A stretch of 64,000 nt of DNA, taken from Pirellula sp. (lineage in GTDB: Bacteria > Planctomycetota > Planctomycetia > Pirellulales > Pirellulaceae). Location of the stretch: NCBI GenBank assembly GCA_031374925.1, contig JANMHA010000203.1, positions 388 to 64,387 on the forward strand, given 5' to 3'. This document shows positions 28,616 to 39,008 of the stretch, in pieces (position 1 is the stretch's first letter; every line of letters starts with the position of its first letter). The position numbers and the translations under genes are program-made. Below the pieces are notes generated by a model. That model was not told the origin of the DNA. It searched no databases and saw nothing but the letters and a program-made list of their open reading frames with translations.

Positions 28616-29686
28616 ATGACAACACCGCTCTATAGCTCCTACATCTATTTTTCATGTCAACATGGTGCGGAAGCGACCATCAAAGCCCAACTTTGCGAAC
28701 CCGAAGGTCCTTATCGCTTGGCCTATTCGCAAAAGGGTTTTGTCACCCTCAAATCCGATTTGGACACGCCTGCGTGGTCTCGGGCTCTACCGCAGTTCCC
28801 TCTGATTCGAGCCTGCGGTCACGCGTTGGGCAAATTCGACGGCGACAGTTCCACCGAACTCATTGAGCAGATCCTTGAGAAGTACATTGCGACCGATTGG
28901 GAATGCTTGCACATTTGGCAGCGGGATGTGGCGCAACCCGGCTGGAACGGATTCGAACCAGGAAGGTCCCTGCTGGCCGACTCGATAGCAGATCAGTTCC
29001 GAAAAGCTCTTTCCGAACGCAACGATCCTAGATCCCCGTCCGTCAACACGATCGCCAGTGTCGGCACAAAACTTTTGGAAGTCATCCTATTGGAGCCTAA
29101 CAAATGGTGGGTCGCGGCCAAACCAGTTCAAACCGAAGCCGACGGTTGGCCAGGCGGTGTTTACGCCGTTGCGATACCCGAAAACATGATCAGTCGAGCA
29201 TACTTGAAGATTGCCGAAGCGATTCCGTGGAGTCGTTTGCCTTTTCGTGCTGGGGACCGAGTTGTAGAAATTGGCTCGTCGCCTGGTGGGGCTTGCCAGA
29301 GACTCCTTGACCTGGGGGCTCAAGTCGTTGGTATTGACCCTGCCGACATGGACGAAGCCATCGCTGGTAATCCGCGATTTGAACACTGGCGATCCAAGTC
29401 CCAGCAAGTGAAACGAAGACTCTTCAAGACATTTCGTTACTTGATCTGCGATGCGAATGTCGCTCCAAACTACACGCTTGACACGGTAGAAGCGATCGTG
29501 ACCTATCCGACCTCCAAATTCAAGGGGTTGATTCTTACGATCAAGCTGTCCACTTGGGAGCACGCCAAGGAAATCCCGCAACACATCGAACGGGTCAAGT
29601 CCTGGGGTTTCGATCGTGTCGAAGCTAGGCAATTGGCGCACAACCGTCGGGAGTACTGCCTCGTTGCAGAACGAACCGCTGAATAG
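28616..29686 (+). CDS. FtsJ/RlmM-like SAM-dependent RNA methyltransferase
   Basis: SRAYLKIAEA, VVEIGSSPGG, LICDAN, LTIKL. Confidence 0.85.
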   Translation: MTTPLYSSYIYFSCQHGAEATIKAQLCEPEGPYRLAYSQKGFVTLKSDLDTPAWSRALPQFPLIRACGHALGKFDGDSSTELIEQILEKYIATDWECLHIWQRDVAQPGWNGFEPGRSLLADSIADQFRKALSERNDPRSPSVNTIASVGTKLLEVILLEPNKWWVAAKPVQTEADGWPGGVYAVAIPENMISRAYLKIAEAIPWSRLPFRAGDRVVEIGSSPGGACQRLLDLGAQVVGIDPADMDEAIAGNPRFEHWRSKSQQVKRRLFKTFRYLICDANVAPNYTLDTVEAIVTYPTSKFKGLILTIKLSTWEHAKEIPQHIERVKSWGFDRVEARQLAHNRREYCLVAERTAE

Positions 29687-29763
29687 CCGAGTTCCAGAGA
29701 CGACATGATCGGCCAGCGAAGTCCACGTTTTTGTTTCAAGATTTGAAACGGCGATTAAGTCAC

Positions 29764-30648
29764 TTAAGGCCAGTACTGTTTGATCTTTTTCTTTAGAAAC
29801 GTCGCGCTGCGTTGCAATTGTTCGATGCCGTCGACTCCGTCTTCAATACTAATCCAGCCGTCAAAGCCAACACGTTGCAACTCGCCAAGGATAGCATCGT
29901 AATCGTTTAGGCCTTGCCCAATCTCACCGTGCCGCAATCGCTTAGCATAGCCTGCGGCTCCATCCTCTTCGCGACGCAAATCTTCAAGTGTTCCTTCAAT
30001 GAGGTATCGATCGCTTGCGTGCATGGTCACCACTCGATGCGAAACTCGTTTTAGCAGCTCGATCGGATCGTCACCTGCAATATAGGCATTGCTTGGGTCG
30101 TAGTTGACGCCAAACGAGGGGTGATCGATTGCGTCTACCAACGAGCAGAACACATCCATTTTTTGCGCAAACTCCGGGTACTCCCAAAAATCATCTTTGT
30201 AGTGATTCTCCAAAATCAATGTCACGCCGTTTTGAACGGCGTGCGGCAAACACGCTTGGATACAATCAGCCGCTAACCGTACTCCCTGTTCGCTAGTCAA
30301 TTCCGGTCTCCGCTGTCCGCTCAAAACACGACAGTAACTGCCACCCAAAGCGGCCGTCATATCGATCCAACGCTTCTGCTTGTCCATTTCACGATTTCGA
30401 AAAGCTACGTCAGGATGGGTGAAATCGGGGGAGCAGCACATCATGGGTATTGACATTCCCATCGACTCAACCTGTTTTCGAAACAAGGGCCACATGGCTG
30501 TGTTGGACATCTCCAGGAAGCCAGCATAAAACTCGAGACCATCAATCTCTAAGGTTTTAGCTAGTTCAAACCATTGGACCAGCTTCATCGAGCCGTCTTT
30601 GCAGAGTGCTTGCATGTATGCTTTAGGAAACGCAGCGAGTTTAGGCAT
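29764..30648 (-). CDS. Sugar phosphate isomerase/epimerase (xylose isomerase-like TIM barrel)
   Basis: LILENH, VNYDPSN, MHASD, GWISIED. Confidence 0.88.
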   Translation of the reverse strand: MPKLAAFPKAYMQALCKDGSMKLVQWFELAKTLEIDGLEFYAGFLEMSNTAMWPLFRKQVESMGMSIPMMCCSPDFTHPDVAFRNREMDKQKRWIDMTAALGGSYCRVLSGQRRPELTSEQGVRLAADCIQACLPHAVQNGVTLILENHYKDDFWEYPEFAQKMDVFCSLVDAIDHPSFGVNYDPSNAYIAGDDPIELLKRVSHRVVTMHASDRYLIEGTLEDLRREEDGAAGYAKRLRHGEIGQGLNDYDAILGELQRVGFDGWISIEDGVDGIEQLQRSATFLKKKIKQYWP

Positions 30649-30938
30649 TGAGTGATCTCGAACGGATAGGATTGGAAGCATCGTGTTGAAAATGTGTTGA
30701 GAATGCGTCCAGCCTGCCGTCTACTATTCCTAGGCTGGAAGTCTATTTATACCATACAATATGGAAGTCATTCTTTAGGCCAATGGCCCTGCAATTTGCA
30801 AAAGCCCAGGCCAACGCCTCATGGCCGAATCCATTCAAGTACTTCTCTGTTCTGTCCAGTTGTGTGATGACAATATGGACGGCCATTGTTCTACAATGAG
30901 GTCTGCTCGAAATTTGGCCCCGCTACAGGTAGAACGAC

Positions 30939-32558
30939 ATGAAATCACGGACCCAACTCTATTTGGCAACTTGCATATGCGTCTTGATCCAACTGCCAGC
31001 AATTGCTGCCGATCGATTTGACGTTGTCGTCTATGGGGGTACCAGCGCCGGCGTCACAGCCGCAGTCCAATGCTCGCGGATGGGCAAGTCGGTCTTGCTC
31101 GTCGAGCCTACGCAGTTCCTAGGTGGACTTACGACAGGCGGGCTAGGTGCGACGGATATCGGCAACAAGCGAGCCATCGGCGGTTTGTCTCGCGAGTTCT
31201 ACCAACGGATTTATCAAAAGTATCTTGAGCCGGATCGTTGGACGCGCGAGTCGCGAGAATCGTACTTCAAGGCCCGAGCCAAGAACGAAGATACGATGTG
31301 GACCTTTGAACCGAGCGTGGCAACCGTAGTGATCAACGACATGATTGCCGAGGCAAAAGTGCCTGTTGTCTTGGGCGTTCGTTTGGATCTAAAAAAGGGT
31401 GTCATTAAAGACGGAACTCGAATCACGAGAATCGTTATGGAGAACGGCCGTGCGTTGGAAGGAAGTGTATTTATCGATGCGACCTACGAAGGGGACCTCA
31501 TGGCCAAAGCCGGGGTTAGCTACCATGTCGGTCGCGAGTCCAATGACACGTATGGCGAAACCATCAACGGCCTGCAGATGCTTGGAACGATTCACCATCA
31601 ATTTGTGAAACCAGTCGATCCCTTCGTTACGCCGGGGGACCGATTGAGTGGACTTCTACCAGGTGTCACGCCGTTGCCCAAAGGCAAAGACGGAGATGAA
31701 GACCATCGTATCCAGGCATACAACTTCCGCCTATGCACCACCGACTTTGCCGATAATCGTCGACCTTGGCCAAAGCCCGCGGATTACGATGAACTCCGCT
31801 TTGAGTTGCTTTTGCGCAACTTCGAGGCCGGTGACCATCGCGTTCCATGGCACCCGCTTTGGATGCCGAATCGAAAGACCGACACGAATAACAATTTCGC
31901 ATTCAGTACCGACAATATTGGAATGAACTACGAATATCCCGAAGGCGACTACGCCGTACGCGAAAGGATTTGGAAGGAACATGAGCAATACACCAAGGGA
32001 CTGATGTGGACCCTGGCCAATCATCCACGCGTGCCCAAGAGCGTTCGCCAAGAATTCAATCGGTTAGCCTTGGCCAAGGACGAGTTTGTCGACAATGACA
32101 ACTGGCCCCGACAGCTATATGTGCGTGAAGCACGTCGGATGGTATCGGAATACGTGATGAGCGAAAAGAACTGCAAACGATTCGAGGTTGTGGAGGATAG
32201 CGTTGGGATGGGCGCTTACAACATGGACAGCCACAACACGCAACGCTACGTTTCCAACGACGGGTTTGCACGCAACGAAGGAGACATTCAAATAGGTACG
32301 CGACCTTATCCAATAAGCTATCGCAGCATCCGACCCAAAGCAGATCAATGCACCAATCTGCTGGTTCCTGTTTGCTTGGCAGCTAGCCACATTTCCTATG
32401 GAAGTATTCGCATGGAACCCGTCTTCATGGTCATGGGGCAGAGCGCCGCGACGGCTGCGGTTCATTCGATCGATGAACAAACAACCGTTCAAGGAATCGA
32501 TTCCAAAAAACTGAAAGCGCAATTGCTGAAAGACGGCCAAGTGCTGGACTTTGAATAA
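30939..32558 (+). CDS. Secreted FAD-dependent oxidoreductase
   Basis: Signal peptide; DVVVYGGTSAGVTAA, FIDATYEGDL, YVREARR, SIRMEP. Confidence 0.88.
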   Translation: MKSRTQLYLATCICVLIQLPAIAADRFDVVVYGGTSAGVTAAVQCSRMGKSVLLVEPTQFLGGLTTGGLGATDIGNKRAIGGLSREFYQRIYQKYLEPDRWTRESRESYFKARAKNEDTMWTFEPSVATVVINDMIAEAKVPVVLGVRLDLKKGVIKDGTRITRIVMENGRALEGSVFIDATYEGDLMAKAGVSYHVGRESNDTYGETINGLQMLGTIHHQFVKPVDPFVTPGDRLSGLLPGVTPLPKGKDGDEDHRIQAYNFRLCTTDFADNRRPWPKPADYDELRFELLLRNFEAGDHRVPWHPLWMPNRKTDTNNNFAFSTDNIGMNYEYPEGDYAVRERIWKEHEQYTKGLMWTLANHPRVPKSVRQEFNRLALAKDEFVDNDNWPRQLYVREARRMVSEYVMSEKNCKRFEVVEDSVGMGAYNMDSHNTQRYVSNDGFARNEGDIQIGTRPYPISYRSIRPKADQCTNLLVPVCLAASHISYGSIRMEPVFMVMGQSAATAAVHSIDEQTTVQGIDSKKLKAQLLKDGQVLDFE

Positions 32559-32960
32559 GACAACCTTTTTGGTCGATCAAAAAAAGTCAGAGGCTGGCCT
32601 AACGCGAAAAAGAAAAGAGATAGTGCCTAAGAACGCTCCTAACCCTGAGGTTTTTTGCCCCTCACCCAATTTCGAAAAAAAACACCAAAAAACTCGAAAC
32701 TTCCGATTTTGCAAAAACCAAGGGAATTGCAACGGAATCGTTCAGTCCAAATCGTTAGACAGGTCAATGCGACCCCCTCTTTGGAGGTGCTCCTTTGTAT
32801 TAATGGCGGAATTTTAGAGACAAAAGGGTTGAGTAAACGATTAGAATACTGAATACTGAATGCGTTCGGGGCTGCTTCATTCTTCTCTCTTGCAACGGCG
32901 GCCAACCGAGCGAATAGGTACGTAGAGTTTTTGATTCCTTTTTTTGAGAGGTGTTTAGGT

Positions 32961-34004
32961 ATGAGAAAGTTCCATACGCGTGGAGCCCGGTCGGCGTTCA
33001 CGTTAGTTGAACTGCTGGTCGTTATTGCGATCATCGGTATTTTGGTTGGCTTGTTGTTGCCGGCTGTTCAAGCCGCTCGTGAAGCTGCACGACGAATGCA
33101 GTGCACCAATAATTTGAAGCAATTGGGATTGGCCCTTCACAATTTCGAGAGCGCCAACAAGAAACTGCCCCCAGGATATTTGGGAAGCCCTGGCGGAGCT
33201 GTGTACACAACAACAGCCTCCACCGCCTATGGCGTGCAATGGGTTGGGCACTTGGTCTATTTGTTCCCGTATTTTGAGCAGTCGTCCGTCCACGCGCCGT
33301 TTGCAAATTGGCGCAATTTAGATCCAAAAGCGGTACCAACCGGCAACACGACGAACGACGGCGAGAAGTTTCTATTTTGGACAAGTGGAGCCACGGGATA
33401 CGACGGAGATCCGAGTGACATCGACACCCTTTGGGATTTTCAGCAGTACCGTCTCAGCACTCTCCTGTGCCCGACCGACGATGCTTATTCGAATACCGCT
33501 GCGACCATGATGATTCTCCATACTTGGGGAACAACGAATACTGGTACGGTTGGTGGTAGTGGATACGGACTGCCGTTCGGCTCAACCATGGGACGTACGA
33601 ACTACCTAGGAAATGCTGGGCGTTTGGGAACAACCCTATCGCCAGCTTGGAATGCTTGGATCGGTCCTTTTGGAAACCGCACCAATTACAGGCTTGCTGA
33701 TCTGACCGATGGAACGACGAACGTTATGCTTTTTGGCGAAGCGACCGGCGTTTGGACCAACGACGCAAAACCTACTGGACGAACTTGGTCGTACGGCTGG
33801 ACCATCGGACCGATGCCAACGGCCTGGGGTTTAGGTGGAACCAATCCTTACGTTTATTACAAGTATAACAGTCTCCATACTGGAATCATCAACGTTGCGA
33901 TGGCGGATGGTTCCGTACGGAATCTCTCGAACTCCATTAACAACACCACGTATCAATGGATGTCGGCGATGCAAGATGGCAATGTTGCCAATTTAGACAA
34001 CTAA
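32961..34004 (+). CDS. DUF1559 prepilin-type N-terminal cleavage/methylation protein with H-X9-DG motif
   Basis: [51 protein letters not shown]; DGTTN; [14 protein letters not shown]. Confidence 0.96.
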   Translation: MRKFHTRGARSAFTLVELLVVIAIIGILVGLLLPAVQAAREAARRMQCTNNLKQLGLALHNFESANKKLPPGYLGSPGGAVYTTTASTAYGVQWVGHLVYLFPYFEQSSVHAPFANWRNLDPKAVPTGNTTNDGEKFLFWTSGATGYDGDPSDIDTLWDFQQYRLSTLLCPTDDAYSNTAATMMILHTWGTTNTGTVGGSGYGLPFGSTMGRTNYLGNAGRLGTTLSPAWNAWIGPFGNRTNYRLADLTDGTTNVMLFGEATGVWTNDAKPTGRTWSYGWTIGPMPTAWGLGGTNPYVYYKYNSLHTGIINVAMADGSVRNLSNSINNTTYQWMSAMQDGNVANLDN

Positions 34005-34034
34005 TTTTACTACAAAGAAAGTTGTGAATACTCC

Positions 34035-34223
34035 ATGAAGAAACTGTGTTTGATCTTGTTGGGCTGCGGATTGATAGGTTGCGGAGCAAGTGCGACCTCG
34101 TCCATTCCATCCGATTACAGCAAAAGTAAACAACCCGCCAAGGTACCCGACGTGATGGGCAGCGGCGCTCCAGGTGCGCCAGGAGCACCAGCGTCACCAC
34201 CGGCTCCTTCGTTAAATCCTTAG
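34035..34223 (+). CDS. Small Pro-rich lipoprotein co-transcribed with the DUF1559 gene
   Basis: MKKLCLILLGCGLIGC lipobox; 30 nt after the DUF1559 stop and before a terminator. Confidence 0.75.
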   Translation: MKKLCLILLGCGLIGCGASATSSIPSDYSKSKQPAKVPDVMGSGAPGAPGAPASPPAPSLNP

Positions 34224-34300
34224 TCGGATTCTACCGGGCGGGGACCGCCATGACAAACTTGTACCATCGTTGCTTAACGGTTCGGTCAAGCTGAAATATG

Positions 34301-34333
34301 ATTAGGCTGCCACTTGTGGCAGCCTAATTTTTT
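34301..34333 (+). terminator. Intrinsic terminator
   Basis: attaggctgccac-tt-gtggcagcctaat followed by ttttt. Confidence 0.85.
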
Positions 34334-34547
34334 GAAGTTACTTGAACTTTCTAGAATGGATTTTTGGGTACGGATTTATCACCCGAACTCCTAAAGTTCG
34401 GTCGAACTCGATGGCCTTAGAAAACGGAGTTTCTTCCGAATATTTTAGAAATTAACGAATAAAGTCTTTGTGGCCAACCAACGTACTGATTACATTTAAG
34501 AATTCGCCTACGTCTCTTTTTCCCGTCTATGTCATTTGGATGATTCA

Positions 34548-35234
34548 ATGCATCAAAAATGCCTTAAAATCTTAGGATTCCTGGTTTGCGCGGCGGTTAT
34601 TCAAGCCTCCGTCAACGCTTCGATCATCGTGAGTTATAAAGATATCACGGTCAATAACGGTCCCACGACGTTCGAGGTCTACGCATCTGCAAATGCGGGA
34701 ACTCAACTCGTTGGAGGTTACGGATTCATTCTCGCTATCAACAATTCGCCTACCGGTCTTGCTGCAACTCAGGTTGTACCCGTGGCGGTTTCAGTGGGCA
34801 CGACGGATACAAAATGGTCTGGTCTGTTTCGTCCGGTGGGCGGCCCTGTAATCTCTGGTAACACAGTAAAGTTTCAGGGTGGTGGCCCACCAACGGGAGG
34901 GTTGAATCTAGATCCCTATAATGTTTCGATTGGAACGGGGCAGTCTACGAATACGCTTCTCGGGACTGTTAGTTTTGTTTCAAATTTCGGGACCGTTTAC
35001 ACGATCTCTTCGAGCTTGACTTCTACGCTTCGAACGGATTTGATTGGTAACGGAGATGGCTTTCTCAGTGTCGTTAATGCTCCGGATGGTCTGGGCGGGG
35101 TCGCCTCACCCGTCGGTTCGTCTTTTAATGCGTTTGCCATTACAGCCGTGCCCGAGCCGTCCACTATGGCTTTAGTCGGTCTAGCCATAGGTGGCTTCGG
35201 CTTAAAGAGATTTCGGTCGCGTCGAAAGCGATAA
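34548..35234 (+). CDS. PEP-CTERM sorting domain surface protein
   Basis: Signal peptide; C-terminal VPEPST, TM helix and KRFRSRRKR. Confidence 0.95.
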   Translation: MHQKCLKILGFLVCAAVIQASVNASIIVSYKDITVNNGPTTFEVYASANAGTQLVGGYGFILAINNSPTGLAATQVVPVAVSVGTTDTKWSGLFRPVGGPVISGNTVKFQGGGPPTGGLNLDPYNVSIGTGQSTNTLLGTVSFVSNFGTVYTISSSLTSTLRTDLIGNGDGFLSVVNAPDGLGGVASPVGSSFNAFAITAVPEPSTMALVGLAIGGFGLKRFRSRRKR

Positions 35235-35293
35235 AAGTAAACAGTGTGCAATGATTAGAACCCTCCTAGGCTTTGAATTTATTGAATTGCCCC

Positions 35294-35381
35294 AAAGTAG
35301 CAGGCACACTCCGTGTGCCGTAGCCAAAAAAACCAAAGGTTTTTGACCTGCGGACGGCACATGGAATGTGCCTACTACTTT
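35294..35381. repeat. GTAG-type REP doublet (REPIN-like)
   Basis: aaaGTAGcaGGCACAC-tcc-GTGTGCCgt at 35294-35321. The inverted copy at 35354-35381 reads aaaGTAGtaGGCACAT-tcc-ATGTGCCgt. Confidence 0.85.
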
Positions 35382-35425
35382 TTACGCCCAGCCTATCAAC
35401 GTAATGCGGGACATTTGACGACAAG

Positions 35426-35989
35426 TCACCAGACGCGAAACAGACTTTCCAGTTTTGTTTTCCCGAGCTTCTTCAGCATTGCGATGTTCCTCGGGTATAT
35501 CGATTCCACATCGTGGAAAGACTCCACCGCGCGAGTGACACTCTCTTCTCGCAACAAATGCAACATTGGAAATGGCGAACGATTGGTGTAGTTCGTTACG
35601 TCATCGATGTTGGTTCCTGCAAATTGATACAAGGGATGAAAGCTCGCAACTTGCACCACGCCAGCCAGTTCCAAGGCGTCAATGGCTAGATCACACACCG
35701 CTAGGAAATCGTTGTATTCAAGAAATTCCTCCAGCACTGCAGGATGGATCAGCAACGTAGACTCGATGTGCTCAGGGGCTGCCGCGACCAACAAACTCAG
35801 CTCGCGTTTCAAATCGTTCAGCAGCGCTGTACTTTCGCGAGCGGTGCTAACTACAAATCGGATCTGATTTTTGACGTGAATCGCTTTCGCAAACGGACAG
35901 AGGTTGAGTCCGATGACCACGTTTTCAAGCCACGCAATGGTCGCGGCGATCACGCTTTCCTCTGTGAGTTTATCTACCGAATTGCTCAT
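35426..35989 (-). CDS. DUF1415 family protein
   Basis: WLENVVIGLNLCPFAK, QVASFHP, NYTNRSPFPMLHLLRE. Confidence 0.88.
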   Translation of the reverse strand: MSNSVDKLTEESVIAATIAWLENVVIGLNLCPFAKAIHVKNQIRFVVSTARESTALLNDLKRELSLLVAAAPEHIESTLLIHPAVLEEFLEYNDFLAVCDLAIDALELAGVVQVASFHPLYQFAGTNIDDVTNYTNRSPFPMLHLLREESVTRAVESFHDVESIYPRNIAMLKKLGKTKLESLFRVW

Positions 35990-36007
35990 TTGGGCAGAAA
36001 TTCCAAA

Positions 36008-36607
36008 TTAAAGTTTCTGCCGCCCGCTGAGCGCATCGGCAAGGATTTCTTTGTTGGTGAATTCGAGGACGCTACCGCTGGTGACGCCGCGGGCCAACCG
36101 CGTCAGTTCGATCGGAAACTCATCGAGTTGGTTCGAAATAAAAAGGGCGGTTCCATCCCCCTCGACGTTCGGGTTGGTGGCCATGATCGCTTCCGTAAAG
36201 TTTCCATTCCGAACTCGTTCCACGAGTGCGTCGATGGTAAGTTGATCGGGCCCGATTCCTTCTAACGGAGCAATCCTTCCCAGCAATACGTGATAAAGTC
36301 CTTTGAAAACCCCCGACTGCTCCAATGCGATCAAATCTCGCGGCTGTTCTACAATGCATAACAGCGACGAATCGCGACGCGAATCCATGCATATCCCGCA
36401 CAATTCTCCCTCAGACAAATTGTAGCAAACCGAGCAATAACGAACGTTTTCTCGGACGCGACGGATGGCGTCCGACAGGGCAAATGCCTCGGATTCATGC
36501 ACTCTCAGCAAGTGGTAGGCCAGCCGCTCCGCTGTCTTTCGACCAATGCCAGGCAATCTGCCTAATTGATCGATTAATTCGGTGACTGAATGTGATATCT
36601 CGCTCAT
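36008..36607 (-). CDS. recR: Recombination mediator RecR
   Basis: LPGIGRKTAERLA, CSVC...CGIC zinc finger, YHVLLG, ATNPNVEGDGTA Toprim domain. Confidence 0.97.
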   Translation of the reverse strand: MSEISHSVTELIDQLGRLPGIGRKTAERLAYHLLRVHESEAFALSDAIRRVRENVRYCSVCYNLSEGELCGICMDSRRDSSLLCIVEQPRDLIALEQSGVFKGLYHVLLGRIAPLEGIGPDQLTIDALVERVRNGNFTEAIMATNPNVEGDGTALFISNQLDEFPIELTRLARGVTSGSVLEFTNKEILADALSGRQKL

Positions 36608-36715
36608 GTGGCTAATAGTTCTCCTTGGTATCTTTCGAGCCTGTTGATAACATATCACAAGCGGTTTTGAACGCTAAGTTGATTTTGCCTGATCCCTCGC
36701 TTTTCCCCGGTTGCT

Positions 36716-38581
36716 ATGTCCGTCCTGTTGCAAATTAGAAATGCCTCCAAACACTACGGTGACCAGATTTTGATGGAAGATGCGGAATGCACCATCATGA
36801 GCGATACCAAAGTCGGATTCGTTGGCCGAAACGGGGCAGGCAAATCCACCCTGCTCCGATGCATTCTCGGGGACGAAGAGCTCGACACCGGGCAGATTAT
36901 TAAACACCCGAAACTCAACATAGGTTACCTGCGCCAACACGATCCATTTCTACCTGGCGAAACGTCCCTCGAATTCATGATGCGGGATAGTGGCCAACCC
37001 GACTGGAAATGCGGCGAAGTGGGTGGCCAGTTCGAACTAAAAGGAAAATACCTCGATGGCCCCGTTGGCGAACTCTCCGGTGGTTGGCAAACACGCGTCA
37101 AGCTAGCTGCGTTGCTTCTACACGAACCCAACCTGTTGCTGCTGGACGAACCGACCAACTTCCTCGACTTGCGTACCCAGATCCTGTTAGAGCACTTTCT
37201 GCGCGATTTTCATGAAGCCTGCTTGATCGTTTCGCACGACCGGGCTTTCTTGACCGCAACCTGCGATGTGACGCTCGACTTGTCGATGGGCAAACTGACT
37301 ATGTACCCTGGCAAGATCGATGACTTCCTCGTCTACCAACAGGAACTCAGCGAGCACGACCAACGAGTCAACTCCGCCAGCGAAGCAAAACGCAAACAGC
37401 TGCAAGAGTTCATCGACAAGAACCGTGCCCGCGCTAGCACCGCGACCCGCGCCAAGTCCAAGGAAAAAATGCTCGGCAAACTGGAGTTCCGGGAAGTGCA
37501 AGGCGAACAGGCTCGAGCAACGGTTCGTGCTCCGATGGTGGAACCTCGCAAGGGGCCAGCAGTCCGATGCAAGGCCCTTACTATCGGCTACGGTGACCAT
37601 GCTATCGCCAAGGGGATAGACCTGGAAATCGAGCATGGTTCGCGAGCTGCCATCGTGGGTGACAACGGCCAAGGCAAGACGACGTTGCTGCGAACTTTGG
37701 TGCAATCGCTCCCTGCTTTGCACGGAGAAGTCAAATGGGGCTTCGGCTGTGAGATTGGTACTTACGCGCAGCACGTCTACAGCAGTTTGCCCGAACGCAA
37801 AACAGTGCTGGAATACCTTGAGTACGAAGCCATTCCAGGGACAAAGAACCAGACGATTCTGGATGTCGCCGGAGCCATGCTGTTTCGCGGCAGCGCCGTT
37901 AAGAAGAAGATTCCTGTCTTAAGTGGTGGCGAGCGGGCTCGACTTTGCATGGCCGCGCTTTTGCTGAGCAAATGCAACATCTTGGTCCTGGACGAACCCG
38001 GTAATCACTTGGACGTCGAGACGGTCGAAGCCTTAGCCAATGCCCTTATCGAATACAAAGGGACCGTCATCTTCACCTCGCACGATCGTCACTTCATGAA
38101 GCGCGTGGCGTCAAGCATCGTCGAAGTCAAAGACGGCACGGTCGTGAACTACCGAGGGGACTATGACTCGTATCTCTACATGGTCAACAAAGAAATCGAC
38201 AACGTCGAGAGCGAACGAAAAGGGTCCAGTCCGAAATCCAACGACAAACCGGTAGCCAACGCGAAAGCCAAGGCACTCCCGCCTCCCAAAGATCGTGGAC
38301 ACACTTCACTGGCAATACCGAACCGCAAAGGGGGAAACGCCAACAAGAATGTCATCGAGGACGATCGGTCGGTCAAGCGAGAAGTCGGGCAACTTGAAAA
38401 GACGATTGCGAGACTCGACGCACAGAAGAAGGTACTGAACGATCAGCTCATGCAATCCACCGAAGCGATCGCGGCCATGAAATTGCATGAAGAGCTGACG
38501 AAGGTAACCACTGAATTGGAAACTGCGGAAATGCGTTGGGCGGAATTGCAAGAACAGATGGAAGCGTTTGAATCAACGTGA
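36716..38581 (+). CDS. ABC-F family ATPase (YheS/Uup-like)
   Basis: Two NBDs (GRNGAGKS/LSGGW/LLLDEPTN and GDNGQGKT/LSGGE/LDEPGN), no TM segments, C-terminal coiled coil. Confidence 0.95.
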   Translation: MSVLLQIRNASKHYGDQILMEDAECTIMSDTKVGFVGRNGAGKSTLLRCILGDEELDTGQIIKHPKLNIGYLRQHDPFLPGETSLEFMMRDSGQPDWKCGEVGGQFELKGKYLDGPVGELSGGWQTRVKLAALLLHEPNLLLLDEPTNFLDLRTQILLEHFLRDFHEACLIVSHDRAFLTATCDVTLDLSMGKLTMYPGKIDDFLVYQQELSEHDQRVNSASEAKRKQLQEFIDKNRARASTATRAKSKEKMLGKLEFREVQGEQARATVRAPMVEPRKGPAVRCKALTIGYGDHAIAKGIDLEIEHGSRAAIVGDNGQGKTTLLRTLVQSLPALHGEVKWGFGCEIGTYAQHVYSSLPERKTVLEYLEYEAIPGTKNQTILDVAGAMLFRGSAVKKKIPVLSGGERARLCMAALLLSKCNILVLDEPGNHLDVETVEALANALIEYKGTVIFTSHDRHFMKRVASSIVEVKDGTVVNYRGDYDSYLYMVNKEIDNVESERKGSSPKSNDKPVANAKAKALPPPKDRGHTSLAIPNRKGGNANKNVIEDDRSVKREVGQLEKTIARLDAQKKVLNDQLMQSTEAIAAMKLHEELTKVTTELETAEMRWAELQEQMEAFEST

Positions 38582-38637
38582 AAGCACAACGCGCGATGTA
38601 GTGATTTCAGTCGGCGGCCAATTGTCAAACCCCGTTC

Positions 38638-38925
38638 GGCAACGCGGTGAAGCATTTTCACCAGCAGTTCGCTTAGGTTGAGTGGGAGCTTGCCTCCCCT
38701 CAACCTTGTTTTGGCGTCCTACGAAGCTGCTCGCTAACCGCCTCACTCTGCACTCTGCCCCCGCCTCGACCGCCTTACGCGGTCGAGGCGGGGGCAGAGT
38801 GCGGTAATATAAGGTCCGAGGCGCACTTTTAGTACGCCAAAACGGCGTCCGTCGGAGGCAAGCTCCGATAACGGCGTCCGTCGGAGACGAGCTCCTATCG
38901 GACGGAAATGCTTCACAGCGTTGCC
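38638..38925. mobile_element. Non-coding nested-palindrome MITE/REPIN-like element, copy B (288 bp)
   Basis: 20-bp terminal IR ggcaacgcggtgaagcattt / aaatgcttcacagcgttgcc (1 mismatch), inner IRs and a perfect 24-bp central stem. Confidence 0.75.
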
Positions 38926-38969
38926 CAACCGCGTTGAACACGCCAAGCGATATTTTCAGCGACTATCTT

Positions 38970-38999
38970 AAAGCGGAAATGAATTTCCGCACTCCAAAT
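38970..38999 (-). repeat. TTTGGAGTG-type REP-like hairpin
   Basis: The reverse complement is near-identical to 22095-22123. Confidence 0.75.
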
Positions 39000-39008
39000 G
39001 GTCTTGCC

